Shown piece after piece: positions 57,659 through 64,000 of a stretch of 64,000 nt of DNA. Below the pieces are notes generated by a model, which saw only the letters and a list, made by a program, of their open reading frames with translations, searched no databases and was not told the DNA's origin. The stretch's first letter is position 1. Each line of letters begins with the position of its first letter. The DNA is from Gemmatimonadota bacterium (GTDB lineage Bacteria; Gemmatimonadota; Gemmatimonadetes; Gemmatimonadales; GWC2-71-9): assembly GCA_039588295.1 (NCBI GenBank), contig JBDHAB010000002.1:32001-96000 (forward strand), in the 5' to 3' direction. The position numbers and the translations under genes were made by a program.

Positions 57659-58495
57659 ATGCTGATGTCTGACGGTCTCGACGTCGACGTGTTCGGACTG
57701 ACCGACGTTGGGAGGGTCCGCCGCGAGAACCAGGATCAGTTCCTGATTGCGGCGCTCCACAAGGTCGTCGAGATCCACGGTACCAGCATCCCGGACACCT
57801 ATAGGCGACACTTCGACAGCGGAGCGCGGGCGCTCCTACTGCTCGTGGCGGACGGTGTCGGCGGCAGCCACGGCGGTGACGAAGCCAGCAGCGTCACCCT
57901 CGACGCCATCATGGACTACGTCACCAATTCAATGCGCTGCTTCTACAAGCTCGACGAACAAATCTCCCACGACCTGCTCCAGGAACTCGCGTCTTCGGTG
58001 GAGCGCAGTCATCGCGCGGTGCTCGCGAGGGCCGAGCAAGTACCGGAACGGTCGGGAATGGCGACCACCCTCACCATGGCACACGTGCTGTGGCCGCGGG
58101 CATATGTGGTCCAGATCGGCGACAGCAGATGTTACCGCGTGCGGGGCTCGGAGATTGAACAGGTCACCAAGGATCAGACGCTCGTGCAGAGCCTCGTCGA
58201 CGAGGGTGCGCTCAAGCCGGAGGATGCCTCAGCGTCTCCGTACTCGAGCGTGCTCACGCAGGCCATCGGTGGATCTCAGGGCGTCGAGCCAGCGATTTCA
58301 CGCGTCGACCTCGAACCCGGTGACACCCTGCTTCTCTGTACGGACGGGCTGACGAAACACATGTCCGATGAGGCGGTCGCGCGGCAGGTTACAGCCGCGG
58401 GCTCGGCGAAGCAGGCCTGCGAGCAGCTGGTCCATACCGCGCTCGAATCCGGAGGGAGCGACAACGTCACCGTGGTCGTGACGCGGTTCCAGTAG
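57659..58495 (+). CDS. PP2C-family Ser/Thr protein phosphatase
   Basis: TDVGRVRRENQD, VADGVGG, IGDSRCY, LCTDGL, GGSDNVTV. Confidence 0.95.
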   Translation: MLMSDGLDVDVFGLTDVGRVRRENQDQFLIAALHKVVEIHGTSIPDTYRRHFDSGARALLLLVADGVGGSHGGDEASSVTLDAIMDYVTNSMRCFYKLDEQISHDLLQELASSVERSHRAVLARAEQVPERSGMATTLTMAHVLWPRAYVVQIGDSRCYRVRGSEIEQVTKDQTLVQSLVDEGALKPEDASASPYSSVLTQAIGGSQGVEPAISRVDLEPGDTLLLCTDGLTKHMSDEAVARQVTAAGSAKQACEQLVHTALESGGSDNVTVVVTRFQ

Positions 58496-58513
58496 GCATC
58501 CACCGACGCGAGG

Positions 58514-61243
58514 CTACGGCTCCCGAGCTCCCGTCAGCTCACGGAGCCGCTCCAGGAGCTCCCCAACCTGCTGCATCTCTTCACCATAGCGTGCCCAATC
58601 GCCGGTGCGCTGTGCTGCCATCGCACGGTCGTAATGCTCCGCCGCCTCACGCACCAGATCGGCGGCGGTGACCGCAGCCGACTCCGCGAGCGGCGCGGCG
58701 GCGGCAGCCACTTGGAGCGGCTCCGGGGCCTCAGACTGGACCACGCCGCCGAACAGGCGCGACACGCCCTCCGCCAGCGTTTCCTCCATCACCACCTGGT
58801 TCTCGTAGGCCACGATCACGCGCTTGAGCTCCGGGATGCGCCCACCTTGGGCACGAAGGTAGAGCGCCTGCACAAAGATCAGCGACTCTCCGATAGGAAT
58901 CACTAAGAGGTTGCCCCGAATCACTTCGGAGCCGCGCTGATCCCAGAGAGAAACCTGCCTCGAGATCTCGGTGTTCTGGTTGATGCGATTGACCACTTGT
59001 GTTGGCCCGAACACCAAGCGCTGACGGGGAAACCGGTACACCACGAGCTCGCCATAGCGATCGCCGTCGTTTCGCGCCACCATCCACGCCGAGAGGTTGT
59101 CCTTGCCCCGGGGCGTGAACGGTGTCATCAGAATGAACTCCTCCTGCTCTTCGCCGGGGAGTCGCATGACGATATGCCGCAGGAAGGGGTCCCGGCTCGC
59201 ATCGGCACGGTTCGTCGAGGGGATCTGCCACTCGTCCTCACGGTGGTAGAAGACGTCCGGCTCGTCCATGTGATACGTGGCATGGAGAATCGTCTGCGCG
59301 CGGAACAGGTCCTCGGGGTACCGTATGTGGGCGCGCAAGTCACTTGGCATCGAGTCGAGCGGGAGGAATATCCCGGGGAAGATCCGGTCATACGTTTGAA
59401 TGATCGGATCTTCGGCATCGGCGATATACGCGGTGACGCTGCCGTCGTAGGCATCGATCACCACCTTCACACTGTTCCGCAGGTAGTTTGCTCCGTTTCG
59501 GAGCGGCAGCGAGTAGGGATATCGATCGGTCGCCGTGTAGGCGTCCAATATCCACTTCAGGTGCCCGGCATCGGTGATGGTGATATACGGGTCGCGGTCC
59601 CACAGCAGGAACGGCAGGGCTTTTGCGGCGCGCTCACTGATACGACGATGAAACTGCACCCGGCTATCGTTCGTGATGTCCTGCGACATGAGAATCTTGA
59701 GTGCCCGGAAGTGCATGCTGAAGACCGCGCGGCGGAGGAGCGAAGAGGCCGCCACTCCTCCCGTGCCTTCATACGTCGTGAATACGTCCCCCTCACCCGC
59801 GGGATAGTCGAACTCCCGCTGTCCGGTGTTGACGAACACCCAGTCGTTCGAGAGCTCACCGTAGTAGATGCCCGGACGCGTGACCTGGAGCGACACATCG
59901 GACGCCGGCGGCAGATCCTTGATGAACAGCACCGGCAACCCTTCCTGCGTCACCTCGGTCACCGGACCGAGCGTGAGCCCCATACCGTGTGTGAACGTGA
60001 GTCGCTCGTTGATGAACCCCCCCCTCGGAAGCGACAGCGAATTCAACTCGCGAGGCGACAGAAGCACCTGCCGGTACTTGCCGTCCACCCAGTAGCGATC
60101 GTCGTCCACCGACACGAAGTCGTAGTACGTCCTGATCTCCTGAAGCTGCCCGAACGTCTGGAGCAAGGGATCGCGATCCCACAACCGAACGTTCTCGATG
60201 GTCGCCGCGTTCGCCTGGACATCCGCCAACGTGAGTCGTGACTGTCCGCTCAGCTCACGCGTCACGACCCCATCCAGCCCCCAGGCGCGCCGGGTGGCGG
60301 CAATATGGCGCTCGAGCTGGGGAGTCTCCTTCACGAGCTCGTTGGGAATGACCACGAGTCGTTGGACCGCGCTGGTGGTGAGAGCGGCGAGCACGCCAAC
60401 CGCTACGTACGCCACCCCTGCGATGAGCGTGTTTCGCACGAGCCGGCGGGTCAATCCACCCCAGATGACCAGTCCGGCTCCGACGAAGGCCACGACACCC
60501 AAAATGCGGAGCGCGGGTACCCGCACGCTCAGGTCCGTGAAGCTTGCGCCGGCAAATGGACCGGTCGTCGCATAGAGCAGCGACGGGAGACTAACGAAGA
60601 ACGCACGCGCTGCGAGCGCCAAGAGGAGCACCGCAATGAGCACCGCGAGGTGCAACTGCGCCGAGGGTTCGACGGTCACTTTGCGACGCACCAGGATTAG
60701 ATCCCGACGGATCAGATAGAGCGGCGCGGCACTCAACAGTCCGAGGACGCATAGGCTCACGACGAAGCCGAGCACCAACGACAGCACCGGCAGGGTGAAC
60801 ACGTAATAGGCGATGTCTCTCCCGAACACCGGATCGGTCGTGCCAAACGGCGTTTGTTCGATGAACCGGAGGATCGGCAGCCAAGCCTGTGACGCCATTG
60901 CGCCGTACAGCAACGCGAGCAACAGCGCGACCGGCCAGACGAGCGGCCGCAACGCTCGCGCGACGTCGACACTCTGACCGCGATTCTTCAACGACAGCAC
61001 TACCGAGCTCGGCACGACGCCACGCAGTGCAATCCGGAGGTTGACGAAGAAGAAGCCGAACACGATGAGGCCCACGCTCACGCCGAGCACGACCTTCGCG
61101 AAGAGCTGGGTCAGGAACACCTTTCGCAAATCGAGGGCGTCAAACCAGTACCAGTCGGCCGCCAGGCCCGCCAGCGCCGGCGCGCCGGCGAGCGCTACGA
61201 CGAACACCGCAGCCACTCCACCCAGTATCAAGATCCTGCGCAT
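58514..61243 (-). CDS. UPF0182 family membrane protein
   Basis: DPVFGRDIAYYVFTLP, NVRLWD, QLQEIRTYYDF, FTHGMG, NYLRNSVK, VIRGNLLVIP. Confidence 0.95.
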   Translation of the reverse strand: MRRILILGGVAAVFVVALAGAPALAGLAADWYWFDALDLRKVFLTQLFAKVVLGVSVGLIVFGFFFVNLRIALRGVVPSSVVLSLKNRGQSVDVARALRPLVWPVALLLALLYGAMASQAWLPILRFIEQTPFGTTDPVFGRDIAYYVFTLPVLSLVLGFVVSLCVLGLLSAAPLYLIRRDLILVRRKVTVEPSAQLHLAVLIAVLLLALAARAFFVSLPSLLYATTGPFAGASFTDLSVRVPALRILGVVAFVGAGLVIWGGLTRRLVRNTLIAGVAYVAVGVLAALTTSAVQRLVVIPNELVKETPQLERHIAATRRAWGLDGVVTRELSGQSRLTLADVQANAATIENVRLWDRDPLLQTFGQLQEIRTYYDFVSVDDDRYWVDGKYRQVLLSPRELNSLSLPRGGFINERLTFTHGMGLTLGPVTEVTQEGLPVLFIKDLPPASDVSLQVTRPGIYYGELSNDWVFVNTGQREFDYPAGEGDVFTTYEGTGGVAASSLLRRAVFSMHFRALKILMSQDITNDSRVQFHRRISERAAKALPFLLWDRDPYITITDAGHLKWILDAYTATDRYPYSLPLRNGANYLRNSVKVVIDAYDGSVTAYIADAEDPIIQTYDRIFPGIFLPLDSMPSDLRAHIRYPEDLFRAQTILHATYHMDEPDVFYHREDEWQIPSTNRADASRDPFLRHIVMRLPGEEQEEFILMTPFTPRGKDNLSAWMVARNDGDRYGELVVYRFPRQRLVFGPTQVVNRINQNTEISRQVSLWDQRGSEVIRGNLLVIPIGESLIFVQALYLRAQGGRIPELKRVIVAYENQVVMEETLAEGVSRLFGGVVQSEAPEPLQVAAAAAPLAESAAVTAADLVREAAEHYDRAMAAQRTGDWARYGEEMQQVGELLERLRELTGAREP

Positions 61244-61299
61244 TATCTCACCCCCAAACGACCAATCGTCGTTGCAGCACCATCCTCAACAAGCAAACC

Positions 61300-63873
61300 T
61301 TAGAAAGCAAACCCTGCCGTCGCGTAGACACCAACGCGTTCCTCGCTCTGCGCAATGGCGAGACTGATGGTGTTGGCCGGCCCGAGGAACGCCAGCCACA
61401 CGCCGCCGCCAGCCGCCCAGTGCCACGTATCGGATGTCTCGCCCTCGAGGAACACACGACCCAGGTCACCGAGTCCAAAGAAACCCATCTCCCCCGGCAG
61501 TACCAGGAAGATCCGACTCAACCGGAAACGTAACTCCGCGTTCCCGAACACCGCCCCGTCACCGCCGAACCGGTTCTGGCGACCGAGGCGGACCGAACTG
61601 GCATCCCCGATATACGCCGCCTCTTGAAACGGAAAGCGGCCCCACACCTTCTTGCCGCCCACACGCAAGGCGAGCGTCGGCCGCAGGGGCGCCGCGGCGG
61701 CCGTGAGATAGGTGGAGAGTTCGGCATGGGCCTCACCAAACGTGTCCTCGACATCCCAGATGGAAGGATACACGCTCCCGAGCAGCTGAACATGCACACC
61801 ACGGGTCGCCGCGGCGCGAGTGTCGCGCGTGTCGAACTCGATCCCCCCGCGCCACCCAATCTGCCCGAACCCGCCCTCACCATACACCGTCAAATCCGCG
61901 AGAATCCGGCCATCCTGTTCCTTGGTGCTCGCGAACTTCAAGGATGGACCAAGCGTGAGTTCCCCGTGGGCGCCGAGCGGCAACACCACCGCGGGCTCGA
62001 ACCCGAACTGAGCCTGATTGACCCGGTAGTAGTCATCCTCCAGCGTGAGCTGCGTCTCGTTTCCGAGGCCGTGATATCGGAGAATATCGATCCCCGAAAC
62101 CCACAGGTCGAACACCCCACGAACCCGCGAATTCCGCCGGTACACCTCTGCGGACAGCTGCGCGCGGCCCGTGGTCGGCCCAGTGGCGAATCCTCCCCGG
62201 AATAAGATCCGCGAGGCGTACGGCAGCTTCCGAAACCCGTAATGCGTCACATACGCACCGGCGCCGAGAAAGACGCCAACGTCCGGCCCGCCACCCACCC
62301 ACATGAGCGACCACCACCGGTGGCCCCAGTCCCGCGGCGGGAGCTCGCTCGGGAACCGCTTCGGTGGAAGCACGAAGGGACGTCGATCGATGCCCACACG
62401 ACCGCTGGCGCGATCATTGCCGACCGTGTAGAGCGTCACTCCACCGGTTAGCGCCGAGTCCAGCACTTCGGCGCTCCCACCACCCACGATCCGCAGCGGA
62501 ATCCCTCCATGGCGGCCACGGACGACAAAGCGGTCATCTCCGCCATAGAGGAAGAACCGCAGCTCTTCCGTCTCAGTCCTGAGGAAACGGCGCCGCCAAT
62601 ATGGTCTCTCCGCAACGGAGGATCCCGTTCCCAGATAGATCCCGACCTCGGAACTACCATCCTCATGGCGTTCCACCACGACCGTCTCCGTCCGATCTGT
62701 CGCGTGCACATCTACTTCGCCGGCGAGCAGCCGGTAGTACCGCTGTGCTCCCTCGGAGAGGCGGTCACGCCGAAGCTTGAGCGTTCGCGCCATCCGCTCG
62801 CCGTCCACGGCAAAGTACGGGGCCGGCAGCGCGCGGGCGGCGGCGTCAATCACGGAGTCGGTCACTCGAGCCACGAACTCGGTTATGACCGAATCCCAGG
62901 TGGGCCACTCGAGCTCAACGAGGAGCTGGCGATCGACATCTCGACCATTCCATCCAAAACCCGTGATGTCGGGGAGCTTTTCACCGAAGTTGATGATCTG
63001 TGGAGCGTACTGCCGAGTGAGCGAGAGCAGCACACCGTCGTAGCGGCAGAACGCCTGGTCCCGATCCTCCGGGATCGGCACCCAATAAGTCACCGAATCC
63101 GACCCGAAGCGCGCCCAGGTCCATTGCCCCCGGTGCCGGTCCCAGTCACCCACGAGCAAGTCGAACAGCCGTGCACGGAGAAACGTGGTGAGGTTCACCC
63201 GGTCCTCGGGGCCTCGCCGCATGCGCTCGAACAGCTCAGAAGTCTCGATGATCTCGTCGGCGCCCGCAAACGGGTCGACGCCCCGCTCGATCGTCGCCCG
63301 CCGCTCGAAGAACCCGAGTATCCCGGCGAACTCCTCACGGAACTCGCCAAGAGCGGGGTCGTCGGGGAGCACCACCAGGCGTGGGTTCGTGTGGGGGATG
63401 CCCGCCGCATCCAGCAACCGGGCGATGACCGCTGGTGCGGCCGGATGCTGGGAGCTGGTCTGATCCTCAACGATGTCCTCGACGATCGTCTCCCTGAGCT
63501 CGTCCGGCAGGACGGCCGGCTTCTTGTCCACCGAGCGGAACCCGTACTCATACCCGTCCGCGCCACGGAACCGCAGCGACTTGGTCTGGAACCCGCCGCC
63601 TTTTGTCGTGGGCGTGAGACCGCCAGCTTCCGTCGCGAGATCCAGCACCGCCACCCGAAGCGGCAACGTCCACAGCTCGCGATAGTCACCGCCAAAGAAG
63701 AACCGGTGGAACCCACCCGCGCCATATTGTCGTCCCGCGACCACCTCGACGGAGTCTCCACCTACGAGCCGGCCGCTCACCTCCTGGGCGGGTACACGCG
63801 CTGCCAGGCCGAGGCCTACCGACGCAACGAACAGCAGCACGCAGCACACTCGGCGGATCACTAGGGCTTTCAT
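61300..63873 (-). CDS. BamA/TamA (Omp85)-like outer-membrane barrel protein with N-terminal atypical-kinase-like domain
   Basis: Signal peptide; GGGFQTKS, DWDRHRGQW, IPEDRDQAF; barrel motifs FDTRD..ATRG, GNAELRF, DLGRVF, terminal AGFAF. Confidence 0.85.
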   Translation of the reverse strand: MKALVIRRVCCVLLFVASVGLGLAARVPAQEVSGRLVGGDSVEVVAGRQYGAGGFHRFFFGGDYRELWTLPLRVAVLDLATEAGGLTPTTKGGGFQTKSLRFRGADGYEYGFRSVDKKPAVLPDELRETIVEDIVEDQTSSQHPAAPAVIARLLDAAGIPHTNPRLVVLPDDPALGEFREEFAGILGFFERRATIERGVDPFAGADEIIETSELFERMRRGPEDRVNLTTFLRARLFDLLVGDWDRHRGQWTWARFGSDSVTYWVPIPEDRDQAFCRYDGVLLSLTRQYAPQIINFGEKLPDITGFGWNGRDVDRQLLVELEWPTWDSVITEFVARVTDSVIDAAARALPAPYFAVDGERMARTLKLRRDRLSEGAQRYYRLLAGEVDVHATDRTETVVVERHEDGSSEVGIYLGTGSSVAERPYWRRRFLRTETEELRFFLYGGDDRFVVRGRHGGIPLRIVGGGSAEVLDSALTGGVTLYTVGNDRASGRVGIDRRPFVLPPKRFPSELPPRDWGHRWWSLMWVGGGPDVGVFLGAGAYVTHYGFRKLPYASRILFRGGFATGPTTGRAQLSAEVYRRNSRVRGVFDLWVSGIDILRYHGLGNETQLTLEDDYYRVNQAQFGFEPAVVLPLGAHGELTLGPSLKFASTKEQDGRILADLTVYGEGGFGQIGWRGGIEFDTRDTRAAATRGVHVQLLGSVYPSIWDVEDTFGEAHAELSTYLTAAAAPLRPTLALRVGGKKVWGRFPFQEAAYIGDASSVRLGRQNRFGGDGAVFGNAELRFRLSRIFLVLPGEMGFFGLGDLGRVFLEGETSDTWHWAAGGGVWLAFLGPANTISLAIAQSEERVGVYATAGFAF

Positions 63874-64000
63874 GGACGATTCTCCTCTTGGCCGTGCTCC
63901 GTCACAAGCCACATCGAGAAGTCCTCACGCACATCACCCTCCGGCCCCACCGCCATCACGCCGAGTCGCACCCGTCCGTCAGTCAGAACATCGACGCGCA

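Noticed and set aside
57659..58495. PP2C phosphatase as the dedicated partner of the kinase at 66-2696
   Set aside because: The genes are 55 kb apart with no linkage evidence; such genomes usually encode many of each.

Overview
High-GC, gene-dense bacterial chromosome segment, most consistent with Gemmatimonadota. This is inference from gene repertoire: a Hanks kinase-TolB-TPR protein, ECF sigma/anti-sigma/DUF4097 and HEAT modules, and a DnaK with the diderm insert but lacking the proteobacterial one. Core content: tRNA-Lys(UUU), ffh-rpsP-rimM-trmD-rplS-rnhB, thiD, add-nupC-punA purine salvage, dnaK-degP, a caa3-type cytochrome c oxidase operon with ctaB, fabH, a PP2C phosphatase and many envelope proteins. 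No CRISPR array, integrase or transposase was seen. Best candidates for undescribed biology: (1) a self-contained sigma54 module (-24/-12 promoter, twin acidic lipoproteins, a pseudo-receiver activator and a coupled TPR protein, with no histidine kinase); (2) an Omp85-type barrel protein with a HipA/CotH-like atypical kinase domain; (3) a histone-H1-like/SWIB gene, frameshifted within its repeat and preceded by a motif phased at 55-56 bp; (4) a possibly exported Pcm coupled to a membrane-embedded spermidine-synthase-like protein. All functional calls come from motif recognition by eye; no database search was run.
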